NCBI RefSeq assembly: GCF_018977255.1
Contig: NW_024704743.1
Location: 52,640,001 to 52,704,000, forward strand
Direction of reading: 5' to 3'
From: Callorhinchus milii
Taxonomy: Eukaryota
Length of the DNA stretch: 64,000 nucleotides
Below, one piece after another: positions 37,816 through 49,785 of the stretch. The translations under genes and the position numbers were made by a program. The notes beneath the pieces are model-generated. The model had not been told where the DNA came from and did no database searches. It worked only from the letters and a program-made list of their open reading frames with translations. Position 1 is the first letter of the stretch; each line of letters starts with the position of its first letter.

Positions 37816-39116
37816 ATCATTTATGGTAACAACCTTGTAAATGTGTCAAAATATCTTCTAACCTTCCACTTTTTTTCTTTTGGTAATAATCAATTGATTC
37901 ATCTTGTTGCTGACTCACCTGTAACACTATCAAACATTTGAGGATTTGTTCAGAGTTGCATCTGCAGAACACCATTAACTTTTTCTGGACTTGAATTTAT
38001 GGATGAGTAAACCATTTAACATCTAATGTAAAGGATTCCAGATTCACCAGCAATTACTTTCATTGGTTATTATATAATTAAGGGGACCTAGAATTCCTTC
38101 TGTGTACATGTGTTTGCACATGGTTAACCCAAGCTTCCAATGTTGCACATGGGTTGCAAACCCAACCTGCAATTTAGACCCCCAGTGACCAAAATGTGTG
38201 GGTGTCAAATGCAACCAGGACTTGTCTCTTCAGAGGGAGAAAAGAGGTTCCAAGACAGAGATGATCAGAAAAATTGCTAAGGGGAATGAAGCCCAAACCT
38301 TTTAATACCTACCATCTGGTCATTAGTTAGTGACTATCAGAAAGTTAACAACCACACTGGAGAATTTAGTCTCAGCAGAAATGTTCCTTGTTAATGACTG
38401 GAATCTAACAATCAAAACCAGTAACAGATGTGTCAAAGAATCTGCTCCAACTCTTACTCTCTGTTTTCATTTAAGGGAAGCCTTTTTCAAAACTTCTGAG
38501 ACTAACAATCTTGGTTAACAGCCTAATGCTCAATTCACTTTTGAACTGATAATGCTGTGGATAATTACAAAAGAAATACCCAAACATTATCTTCAATGTC
38601 CATTTAATTGGGTCATTAAGTAAAACAAAGCTACTGATCACAGGGCATTTGATTAAAACATAACTAAACTAAACGTGCCAAGATGGTGGATCAATATCTT
38701 ATGAACTCTCCTGTCGGGATGTCAAGATTTACATTTTTCTGAGCAACATGGACAAAGTTTTAAGTCATTTTCTGTGCAAGTTTTTTAAATAAAACATTTC
38801 AAGGTTTGGACCAAATGTTCCACCGAAGCCATATTTATGTCGTTATTATTTAAGTAACTAGGTCACAATACAAACAATTAAAAATGATCCCAAATTACTT
38901 GACGAGATCATACTATCTAGGCCTTCGAGCTTTATTGTATAACATACAGAATTCAATTTAAACATGTTTCACTTTATGTGGGGTGGGGGAGGGAAGAGAA
39001 ATATTTATGGTTTGCTCCGAATGCAGCAGAGACATCAAAACCCATTAATGGAGAAAGGCCCAATTGTAATTACATTGTGAGCTCTGAGGGAATTTCGGTA
39101 CATGGGGTTTAAATTG

Positions 39117-39260
39117 AATAAAGAAATCCCTATTTACTGGTTGTAATTACTGTAGGTTATGGATTTCAAGGAATGCTTTGGTGATTGGTTACATGCTTGC
39201 CAAAGTGACATTCCTTAAAATCCATAGCCTACTGCTGGCCATCAATAGGGATTCTTATTT
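39117..39260. repeat. Imperfect ~144-bp palindrome
   Basis: AATCCCTATT...GTAGGTTATGGATTTCAAGGAATG.CTTTGG pairs with CCAAAG..CATTCCTTAAAATCCATAGCCTAC...AATAGGGATT. Confidence 0.85.
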
Positions 39261-39549
39261 TAGATTTGATTGAAACATTAATGAATAAAGAGTAATATAA
39301 TAAGCCAAATAGCCATCTGTAAAAATATTGACTTCAATTTTTGCCTAGTTTGAAAATAAACTTCTCTCTTAACTGAGGAAATTTCAATTGTGATACGTTA
39401 CTATATTTTTATTTTCATTTGAGTGGTAATGATGAAGCGTATTAGTACTTAGGTGTAGAGATTGACTCTTAGGAAATCTTGAATAAACATAGCTAAGCAA
39501 TTTAAGTCACAAATATATTTCTTGCTTATTTCAAATCAGAGAAACCTTG

Positions 39550-39950
39550 TGTGGTGCAGTAAGGAGCAATAGAGAGAGAGACCAGAAAGCCTTGATTCAA
39601 TCTCTGGTTTGTATTAGCAAATCTCAGCCTGGGCAGCAATAGGGCTACAATTGGTCCACAGTGCCCTCAGGCTAGGGCAGGGAAAATTAGCCAGGGTTCT
39701 GTCTCTTGATCACTATCCAGGCATTCCTGCTTGAACTTTCTTGTGTGTGGCCAATTCATGACTGAATTAGGGTTGGCTGTGATGCCTCTCATAGCAAAAT
39801 AGCCCATTGCTACTCACAATTTAGGTTTACACATAAAAGCCAAATGGGCAAGATCCCTATGTCCATAATCAATAGCCTATAAGAAGTCCCAACTTCAGGA
39901 GATAAGGTTTATGAAAATAAAATTATGGGGGTAGGGGGAAGAGGGAGAAG
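39550..39950 (+). mobile_element. SINE family C, near-complete old copy
   Basis: GATTCAATCTC B-box-like motif, ATCTCAGCC...CTACAATTGG...GGCTAGGG...AAATTAGCCAGGGTTC. Other copies at ~3690-3900(-), 8120(+), 10210(-), 17850-18260(-), 33150(+) and 53430(+). Confidence 0.75.
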
Positions 39951-40359
39951 GAATACACTCAGGAGTAGCAGCACACAATGAAGGAAAAAGTATACTAAAG
40001 TACTTAAATCTCATTTATCGAAACTCCAGTGGAAATACTATTGATACAGATTTATTATTATATACACCTGTGATTGAGCAATACAGCACTATTCATTTTT
40101 TTCAGCACTCTGAGATGCTACCCCATGTGAAGCGCACTATGAAAATGCAAGTTATTTTTTGAGCTCAGGACTACGCCATGTTACTAACTTAACAATATTC
40201 ATCACAACTACAGTACCTGGCTGTTTCTCCTAATTGTTAATAGTGCAAGTGACCACTTATTATTGTTACAATTACTAAACTGTTGGCTTTATCCAGATTG
40301 ACACTAATATAAAAGTTCTACTCAGGTTTAGTACGGCAAAGTAAATAGGACTACAGATG

Positions 40360-40775
40360 CTAATAATCCTTACAATTGACATTGCACCTTATATGTTGCA
40401 AGGGTATCTCAAATTGCTATTTTGTGTATTTTGTGTCATACGTAGCAGCCAATTTTGCGCACATCAATGTCTCACAAACAGCAATGACGTGAATGAGCAA
40501 TTAATTGGAGGGAATTATTGGCCAGTACCCTGGAAGAAACTCCTTTTTCTTTTCAAATTGAACCGTGGAATCTTCAAAGTTGATCTAAACAAGTAGACAC
40601 GAACTTGGTTTAACATTTCATTCGAAGGATAACAGCTCTGACAATGCAGCACACCCCCAGCGCTGCATTGGAGTGTCACCTTATTATGAGTTGAGTTCCA
40701 AGTCCCAATGTGGGGCTTAAACCCACAACCTTGTGAATCAGAGGCAAGATTGCAACCAACTGGTCCAGGCTGACA
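40360..40775 (-). mobile_element. SINE family B
   Basis: Full head-to-tail similarity to 41360-41760. Confidence 0.85.
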
Positions 40776-41354
40776 TAGCAATATGAACTTGCTTTTGTAG
40801 CACAGCATATTTTACACAAAAATGTAGAAAAAAATGTAAAACAGAGTGTACTGTACTGACATCCTATAGATTTATGCCAACATTACATATTGGTTCCACG
40901 ATAGATTGAAACATTAAACATTATTTATAATTGGAAAAAATAAATGTATTTATTATGCCTTAAACATTCAGCTTGGTTAAAAATAACACGTTACAACATA
41001 ACTCCAGTAGAAATCAAGTAAATTATTGAAACTTTAAAATGATTTACTTGTACAATATAATTCAAAAGTATCAAATATGCCTACAGCAGCAAACCTAACT
41101 GCAGTTGCAGTATTATTGCTTATGAAAGATGTTATGTTATAATAAATAATAATAATAATAGATGCTGCTGAGAGGTATAGATCAGTGCAGGTATTAGAAA
41201 CTGAACATTTTTTATAAGAGCAAAAAACTGATACAATGTATTCTGCAAATTCATGCCTAATTATACACATATAAAAGATGAATCATAATCAGATGATGAA
41301 CAACAATAATAATCAGCAGTAAACATAAAGTGATAGACTATTGTCCATTCACAA

Positions 41355-41762
41355 TAATAAAATAATAATAATGTACGTTTAATATAAGGCCTTCCACGTT
41401 GGAAGACGTGCCAAAGTCCTTCACAGGATACACTGTAAAGTGTAGTGACTGTTTTGTGGGAAAACACGACAGCAAGTTTTGCCACGTCCCACAAACAGCC
41501 ATGAAGTAAATCATCAATTTTATCTGGGGAATTGTTGAAGAGAAACTCGCTTCTCTTTTCGAATAGTGCCATGGGATCTTTAACGTCAGGCAGACAGGGT
41601 CTTGGTTTAACGGTAGATCTGAAAGATGCACCTCCAACAATGAAGCACACTCCCAGCACCCCACTGGAGTGTCATCTTAGGCTATATGAATTCCATGTCC
41701 CAACATGGGGCTTGAACCCACAACTTCTGACTCAGAGACGGAAGTGCTACCAACTGAGCCGA
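41355..41762 (-). mobile_element. SINE family B, near full length
   Basis: Head (minus) GGCTCAGTTGGTAGCAC...CTGAGTCAGAAGTTGTGGGTTCAAGCCCC, Deu-like core and (AAT)n tail. Confidence 0.9.
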
Positions 41763-42285
41763 TGCTCAAATTGCCTCATATAATCCAACACATTATAACA
41801 GCATAAACATCAATAACATCTAATTTAACTCCTGTACTGGTCAAGCAGATGTTCTCAGAATACAATTAGATCCGGTTTTTGCAACCTTATCTCTGAATGT
41901 TTCTTTTGCTTCATAAATCCTGACAATTTATTTCCAGACTGCTGGAAAAGGTTCCTGAAAGGTTTCCATTGATTTTCACGAAATAACACGATTGCAATAT
42001 TGTAATTTTTTAACACAAGGCAAGCTAATGGAATAGTCAGAATGCACTGCTGTCGAGAATAAAGATTGCTCAAGTGGAAATATAATATAGTCTTAACAAA
42101 AAGAGTTAAACAATATAGCAGTTATCCCACTATATAGCTCTGCTGTAAAATATATAGATTCTGCATAGTTCCCAGCTCTTCATTATCCATATCCTTTTCA
42201 CTGTTTTTGAAATACACTGTGACCAAAAAGTCTTATTTTTCAGCTACCCTATTATCCAAAAAAAATCTTCATTTCTTTAATTAGA

Positions 42286-42477
42286 CAATTGCGCACAGCA
42301 GTGTCCCACAAACAGTCGTAGATTGAAAATGACCAATTTATTATTGTTTTTTTTTGGAGGGATTATTATTAGGCGTGTGGAGTAAGGAAACTTGCCCAAG
42401 GTTTCGCCCTGCCTGGAATTGAACTCAGGTCTCTCGCTTGCAAAGCGAGTGCTCTAACCACTGAGCTACAGGACTCC
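42286..42477 (-). mobile_element. SINE family A short form, lacking its 3' tail
   Basis: Matches 29520-29716 and abuts an L2 fragment. Confidence 0.9.
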
Positions 42478-42479
42478 AC

Positions 42480-42751
42480 GACCGCCGGTGGCGGGCCGGG
42501 CCGGGCGGGGGACAATGGGGCAGGCTGGAGCCTGTTGAGTGGAGGAGCGGACAGCTTGATAAGGGGTTAGCAGGTCGGAAAGGTACGAGGGGGCAAGACC
42601 ATGGACAAGGAGGAGGATTTTGAACTCGATCCTCTGAGGGATGGGAAGCCAGTGGAGCCGGGCGAGGGTGGGTGTGATGGGGTCACGGAGCCCGCTGCGG
42701 GAGAGGACATGAGCTGCAGAGGTGTGGATGATCTGCAGCTTTTGGAGGGAA
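42480..42751 (-). mobile_element. Internal L2 fragment, near-identical to 43491-43737
   Basis: Direct comparison of the two stretches. Confidence 0.9.
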
Positions 42752-43326
42752 TCATATGAGGCAATTCAATGTATTATGATTGGGCAACAGTTAAACACGT
42801 ACAAAAGCTGTGAAATAAATAAATGCTGGTGTCTAAATAGAAACATTCTACCTTGACAATATTTTTGGTCAACCAGGTGTCTAACACATATGAAAACCTC
42901 GATTTTTCAGGAGCACTTTTAGCAGTGAACAGCCCCTGTGATTTGATTGATTGCTTTGGCCTACATACTGGACAAAAAAGTAGCACAGAAGATAATTTAT
43001 TATTTAATACACTCTTGATGAACAGAAGCGATTGCTCACCATGTTCATAATTCTTAGAAAAAAAGTTCATCTGACAAATAAAGTTGTTTACAGACCACTG
43101 AACCTTAAAAGTACATACATTTTAATATTTCAACAATCCTTTAACAATTAAAGACATTATATTACACATCTGCCATGGTTGTCTGAGAGATAAACAGTGA
43201 CAAAGCATTAAATCCAATTAGCAAATTGGAAATTCAATTAGAAAAAAATATTTACCATTAAATCATGCCAGATGGTGAATATATGCTGTTAATTATATAT
43301 TTTTAAAAATCATCAGTTAGATGATA

Positions 43327-43842
43327 GGGTGGGGTGGTTGGGATCAGGGAGGGTGGAGGGCAGAGAGGGTAGAAGGGTAGAAGAGGAGGATCTTGAGGCA
43401 TGCCTTGAAGGAGGCAAGAGAGGGAGCGAGGTGAAGGGATTAAGTTTTAAGTTCCAGAAGGTGGGGGTGGAGAGGCTGAAGGCCCGCGGACGGGGGACAA
43501 TGGGGCAGGCTTGGAGCCTGTCGAGTGGAGGAGCGGACAGCTTGATAAGGGGTTAGCAGGTCGGTAAGGTACGAGGGGGCAAGACCATGGACAAGGAGGA
43601 GGATTTTGAACTTGATCCTCTGAGGGATGGGAAGCCAGTGGAGCCGGGCGAGGGTGGGTGTGATGGGGTCACGGAGCCCGCTGCGGGAGAGGACATGAGC
43701 TGCAGAGGTGTGGATGATCTGCAGCCTTTGGAGGGAAGAGTTGGTAAGGCCAACAAGCAGGGCATTGGCATAGTCGAGCCTGCATGTAATGAAGGCATGT
43801 ATGAGGGTTTCGGCGGCCTGAGGGGTGAAACAGTGGCGGAGT
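43327..43842 (-). mobile_element. L2 3' part, split by a CR1 insertion and resuming at ~45339
   Basis: Minus strand reads AAETLIHAFITCRLDYANALL...LHWLPIPQRIKFKIL. The upstream HL.NIA motif lies at 45343-45362. Confidence 0.9.
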
Positions 43843-45335
43843 CATAGAATCATAGAATTATACAGCACAGAAGGAGGCCATTCAGCCCAATGTGTCTGCG
43901 GGCTCTTTGAAAAGAGCTGTCCAAATCAATCTCACTCCCCCACACTCTCTCCATAGCCCTGCAACTTTTGTTCTCCCCAAATAATTATCTACTTCTCTCT
44001 TAAATGGTGTCATTGATTTGGCTTCCACTACCCTTTCAGGCAATGCATTCCAGATCCAAACAACTTGCTTTGTGAAAAAATTTCTCCTCACCTCCCCTCT
44101 GTTTCTTTTAACAACTATTTTAAATCGGTACCCTTGGGTTACCATCCCACCCGCCAGTGGAAATAGTTTCTCCTTGTTCACCCTATCGAATCCCCTCATA
44201 ATTTTTAAAACTTCTATTAAGTCTCCTCTTAGCCTTCTCTGCTCCAAGGAAAATAATTCTAGCTTCTCTAGCCTCTCCTCATAACTGAAGTCCATCATTC
44301 CTGGTACCATCCTGGTAAATCTCCTTTGCACCTTCTCCAATGAATTGACATCCTTCCTAAAGTGCGGTGCCCAGATCTGAACACAGTCTCTAGCTGAGGC
44401 CTAAACAGTGGTTTATAAAGGTTCATCATAACTTCCTGACTTTTGTATTCTATGCCCCTATTTATAAAATCTAGTATCCCGTATACTTTTATTTAACAGC
44501 TTTATCTACCTGTCCTGCCACCTTCAACGATTTACTTATATGAACCCCCAGGTCTCTCTGTTCCTTCACCCCCTTTAAGATTGTACCATCTAGCTAATAT
44601 TACTATTCCTCATTCTTCCTCCCAAAACGCATCACCTTGCATTTCTCCATATTAAACTTCATCTGCCACGTGTTTGCCCATTTTACCAGTCTGTCTATTT
44701 GCAGTCTGCTACTATCCTCCTCACTGTTTACTACTTCTCCTAGTTTAGTATCATCTGCACACTTGGAAATTGTACTCCCTTTACCCAGGTCCAGGTCATT
44801 TATATAGATCAAAAACAGCAGTGGTCCCAATACCGACCCCTGGAGGATACCACTGCACACTTCCCTCCAGTCAGAAAAACAACCGTTCACCACCACTCTC
44901 TGCTTTCTGTCTCCCAGCCAATTCTGTATCCATGCTGCCACTGTCCCATTAATACCGTGGGCTTCTATTTTGCTTACATGTCTTTTATGTGGCACTTTAT
45001 CACATGCCTTTTGAAAATCTGTATAAACTGCATCAGCTGCACTATCTTCATCCACCCTCTCCGTTACTTCATCAAAAAACTCTTGTCAGGTTTGTTAGAC
45101 ATGATTTGCCTTTAACAAATCCATGTTGACAGTCCTTTATTAACCCATAGCTTTTTAAGTGAAAATTTATTTTGTCCCGGATTATAGTCTCTAGAAGTTT
45201 ACCCACTGCTGACGTTAGGCTGACTGGCCAGTAGTTTCCAGAAGGTTATCCTTCTGCCCCTTTTTCTACATAGTAACATTTGCAACCCTTCAGTCCTCTG
45301 GCATCACCCCGGTGTCCAAGGAGGATTGAAAGAGC
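43843..45335 (-). mobile_element. CR1 LINE, ~1.5-kb 3' portion (RT), (ATTCTATG)n tail
   Basis: ORF 44603-45055 contains 'DFQKACDKVPH...QGSVLGPLLFLIYINDLD...CADDTKLG'. ORF 43882-44340 contains 'EKVQRRFTRMVPG'. Confidence 0.97.
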
Positions 45336-45420
45336 ATTGAGTTGGGCAATGTTGCAGAGATGGGGCACGTCTAGGTTCCTGACTGGCTTGGTGAGGTGGA
45401 GTGTGCATCCTCCTTACAGC

Positions 45421-45530
45421 TTAGAAAGAGACCATTTGACACATCATGCCTTTGCCGGCTCTTTGAAAAAGCTTTCCAATTAGTCCCACTCCCCCGCTCT
45501 TTCCCCATAGCCTTGCAATTTTTTTCTTTT
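45421..45530 (-). mobile_element. CR1 3' UTR fragment
   Basis: GCCGGCTCTTTGAAAAAGCTTTCCAATTAGTCCCACTCCCC, as at 43890-43960. Confidence 0.8.
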
Positions 45531-45927
45531 CAAGATTTTTTGCAGTTTTTATCATTTTTAGGACTCTGCTCTGAACGGATAATAAATGTAACAGCATCTG
45601 TCCTTTGTCTTTCAAATGTAATTAAAATATTAATAATCCTTGCAAGTATTCCATTTCCAAGGAGGTAGNTTTTTTTAATATATGTATTTATAGTCTCTTG
45701 TCTTTTCCTGACTACCATATGCTAAAAGCCATATGTTCTCTCTGGAAGACTCATTCTGCAGTTGTATCTACCTAATGTCATTCATGAATGACTCATTTGG
45801 TACTCTTTTTTAAAAAAAAGAGCCATTCAAAATGTTACCCTTTAAATTTAAAATCTTTCTGTTTGTACCTTTATACATAGAGTTTTTTTAAAAAACGTTG
45901 CATGTCCTGAGGCCAGGAAGCATTTTG

Positions 45928-46150
45928 TCACACAGAGAATGTGAAGGTGTAGAATGCTCTGCCCCAGAAAGCTGTAGAGATGCAATCAATACTGATGTTT
46001 AAAAGAGAGATAGGAGGATACTTCGGTAGTAGATATGTATATGGCAAAAGACCAGAGCATTGAATTAAACGATTTGTCAAGATTGAAAAAATGGTGGAAC
46101 AGGCTTGAATGGCCTCCTTCTGTTTCTGTTTGCCTATGTTCCTATGTCCT
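45928..46150 (+). mobile_element. CR1 3'-end fragment
   Basis: GAATGGCCTCCTTCTGTT...CCTATGTTCCTATG tail. Confidence 0.8.
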
Positions 46151-47534
46151 TTTCTTTGACTGCACCTTTGTGCATTGTCTGTCCTCCACCCCATCGCCCA
46201 CCCCCACCTCCTCGGGCCCCACCGCCAGCTCGGGTGCAGTGTCTAGTACATTGTGACAGCCTCCCGATACGAAAGACATTATTTATTGTTGTCCTTGTTT
46301 TCACATCCCTCCATGGTTTGACATATCCTACCTATGCAATTTCTTCAGCCCATGTTCCAATCTGTAACATCTCTAGTCTGATTTATTGCCCCACTTCCCT
46401 CACTCCCGCACAGAGAAAGAAGCAATTGATGCATTTTGTTCCTTGTATCAGAAAGAGTGGCACATAAGACGCAACAGTCTAAAGCCACCCCATGGACCTC
46501 AGATCTGAGAGACTGTGCGTAGTGCAATGAATGTATTGAACTCTAACCAAGATGCAGAGAGAAAGGCATATAAAAGTTAGATGATTGAATTGACAATTCA
46601 TTGGCTTGGGTAAGCTTGGTAATATAATTTGTCAAGTTGTCATTCTCATGTAGGCAATTTCTCAGATCACCTCTGAGGTTTCAGGCAGACAGACTGCAGT
46701 GACTGTTGTAGTTATGTTGAGTGCCACTCATCTTGGAAGTTGACCCTGGGGAGTTTCTAGTTGGGATGTTTCCATTTTCCTTCAAGCAAGTAAACGTTGT
46801 TACGGTCAACCATGCAGTCAGCAGTGGATTCACTAATCCCCCCCGCCATAGCCCACACACATACATTACATAAATCAATTGCCCCTGCCAAAATAGTTTA
46901 TCTGCAAAATTATGCTTTATGTTTCCTAATTGTTTCCACATAGAGAATCATTTAAGGTTTGCAGCACAGAAAGAGGCATTCAGCCATTCTATTTGTAGCT
47001 TCCTATTGAAGTTTGCGACTCCAGTTTCTTACCCCTGCTCTTTCCCCATCCTTTTTAATATTGGTTTTCTTCTTTGTCCATTTCCTATCTAAATCCCTTT
47101 ATGGACCTGCAATCAATAGCTGTCTGTGTTGTTTGTGTTTAGATAGTCAAGCATATGGATTTGTATTTCATTTTATTCCAAAATTAGCTCTCTGATGTGA
47201 AATGCTCCTTTTCCAGCATTTTGGGGCATGGAATGGGCATGAGGTATATGTCATGTAACCTATGTCACAGAAGATCAATGCAAGATATGTTCATGGTGAT
47301 ATGGTAGAATACTTAATGCTTAACCAGCTAGTTAATCATTTTTTAAACTGTCATGCAGTTTACAAGTCATCATCTATCACTTTAATGGCACCCTGCAACA
47401 TAATAGGAGTGAAATAACCTGTTCATACTTGCAGTGATTATGAACGTATCTAATTCAGGCCCCACAAGTCCTTAGGATTTACTCGCCATTTTCTAGGTTA
47501 CATTCAGGTGCTTGGCAAATATTATAATAATACG

Positions 47535-47870
47535 TAGAAACATAGAAATCAGTGTAGAAGGAAGCCTTTAGGCTCCATAAAATCCTCACTGGTTCATGGA
47601 GCAAGGAGATCAATTCAATTCCATTGCCCTGCCTTATCCCCACACCCTTTCAAGCCCCTTTGCTTTATTTGTCCCTCTCCTTCCCTCTTGAAAGCTATAA
47701 TGGACTCCGCCTGCACCACTCTACTTGGCAGGGTATTCCACAACCTAACAGCGCTCTGGGCGAAACAATTCCTCCAAAGTTCTCTTTTTGCAGACTATGT
47801 AACTGTGCCCCTAGTTACTGACTCCCCTATCAATGGAAATAACTTCTCACTATCTACCCTGTCTACTGCC
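47535..47870 (-). mobile_element. Decayed CR1 3'-end fragment
   Basis: TAGAAACATAGAAA tail, GGTATTCCACAACCTAAC and GGAAATAACTTCTCACTATCTACCCTGTC. Confidence 0.75.
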
Positions 47871-48161
47871 ACCCCTCCACCCCATCCCCACCACCCCATA
47901 ATTTTGTACTACTATAGGTTCAACATATTATTGCATTCAGATTTTGAGACAGAGAGGATAAAGGGATAACATAAGTGAGGAAGATGGTAATCTTTGAAAT
48001 CGACCCTAAGGAGTGTACTTCTTGGGCAATATGGCCATTTCCTGTTTCTAAAATATACTGTTATGTTCCTAAGATGCTATTTCAAAAATATGTATCAGAT
48101 AGTAAAATGAAGATAATTATGAACATGTTTTGAGATTCCACTCAGAAATGGGCAGTGCATC

Positions 48162-48534
48162 AATAATAATAATAATCCTTGCATTTAGTATAGCACTTGT
48201 CATGTCTTCGAGACATCTCAAAGCGCGTCACAGAATATACTATAAAGTGAATTGACTTTATATGTGTGGGTGAAATGTGGCAAACAATTGTGCGCAGTGT
48301 CCCACAAACAGTCATGGATTGAATGACCAAATTATTATTGTTGTTTTTTTTGAGGGATTATTATCCCCGGAAAAGCGATCTGCCAATCGACTAACAACCG
48401 GGTTTCTACTTATTGCTAGATAAACAGAGGCGTGTGGAGTAAGGAAATTTGCCCAGTGTTTTGCGCTGCCGGGAATAGAACCCAGGTCTCTCACTTGCAC
48501 GGCGAGTACTCTAACTACTGAGCAACTGGACTCC
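48162..48534 (-). mobile_element. SINE family A, long form, full length
   Basis: Head ends CTGGACTCC and the extra central segment is present. Confidence 0.95.
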
Positions 48535-48867
48535 AATATATGGTCTATGCAAATAAATGAGACTGGGCAGGTCTTGAGCACATTGGTGCTTCCCCCTCTA
48601 GGCAGCTCATGGTGCATGTTTATAATAATAATAAACAACAGAATAAACGTTGATTTTGATTAATGTCTCATGTTGAAATGTCTCATAGGCGCATCTCAGA
48701 ATGTTGTAATTACACTTTGTAAATTGTACTCAAAGAGCCATGAGTGAATAACCATTTATTTTATCCAGGAAATTGTTGGCCAGAGCATCAGAGGAAACCG
48801 CCAGGGTATTGAGAATGTCCAACTGAACAAACAAGATAGGGACTCAGTTCAATGTCTCGTGCAATAT

Positions 48868-49225
48868 AAATTTACATTTATATAGTTGTCCCAAGGTGTT
48901 GGACAGTCCAGGGTGTGCACCCGAGCTGAGGTGGGGGCTGACTGGGTGGGGAGTAAGAGGGGTGATGGGGATAAGATGGCCAAAAGCACTGCCAATGTGC
49001 AAGGTCTTCAGGCAGACCTTGAGGGAGGTGAGAGAAAGGGCAAGTCGAAGGGATTCTGGGATGAAGCTCCAGAGAGTAGGAGCAGATATGCTGAAAGCCC
49101 AGTCGCTGATGGTGGAAAGCATGGTGCGGGGCGGTGGAACGTGAAATACCATGCTGGTGTTGGGCCGAGTGGAGGGAGTGACTGAGTTAGCAAGGTTTGG
49201 GAAGACTGTGGAGGGATTTAAAGGT
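48868..49225 (-). mobile_element. L2 3'-end fragment
   Basis: 'AFSISAPTLWSFIPESLRLALSLTSLKVCLKT'. Similar to 11330-11680. Confidence 0.9.
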
Positions 49226-49577
49226 TAGAATATACTTTGGCTGAGATTTTACACCAAGGTCCCATATGCTTGTTATGGTAGATGTTAAAGGTCACGAAGA
49301 TATTTGTTGTGTTCAACATAATCCAATATAATTTACACTTATATAGCGCTTTGAACATGAAAGGCAATATATCAAATGGAAGGCTTATTATTAAAATAAT
49401 TATTAATGCAGTGTAGATCACTCCATCGAGGTTGTTTCTGAGTCATTTTATTATTTTTAATATTATTATTATTGCTGCTTGTGCTCTGAAACGTTGAAGT
49501 GAGCTGTGCTGTACAATCATAACTAAATGGAGTGCACAGATCTTTACTATCCAGTAATAAATGTCTTTCATACTACT

Positions 49578-49785
49578 ACTAATAATAATAATCCTTGCAT
49601 TTGATATAGCGCTTTTCACGTCTTCTAGACATCTCAAAGCGCTTCACAAAATATATTGTAAAGTGAATTGACTGTATATTTGTGGGCGAAATGCGGCAGC
49701 CAAATTGCACACAGCAGTGTCCCACAAACAGTCATGGATTGAAGTGACCAATTTATTTATTTTTTTCTTGAGGAATTATTATTAG
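49578..49785 (-). mobile_element. SINE family A, 3' half
   Basis: Matches 29397-29610. Confidence 0.9.

Noticed and set aside
43882..45055. Two ~150-aa RT ORFs as an active retroelement or novel RT system
   Set aside because: Frameshifted, 5'-truncated CR1 with no endonuclease or ORF1.
45669..45669. Single N base
   Set aside because: Assembly ambiguity or gap marker, not biology. Continuity across it is uncertain.
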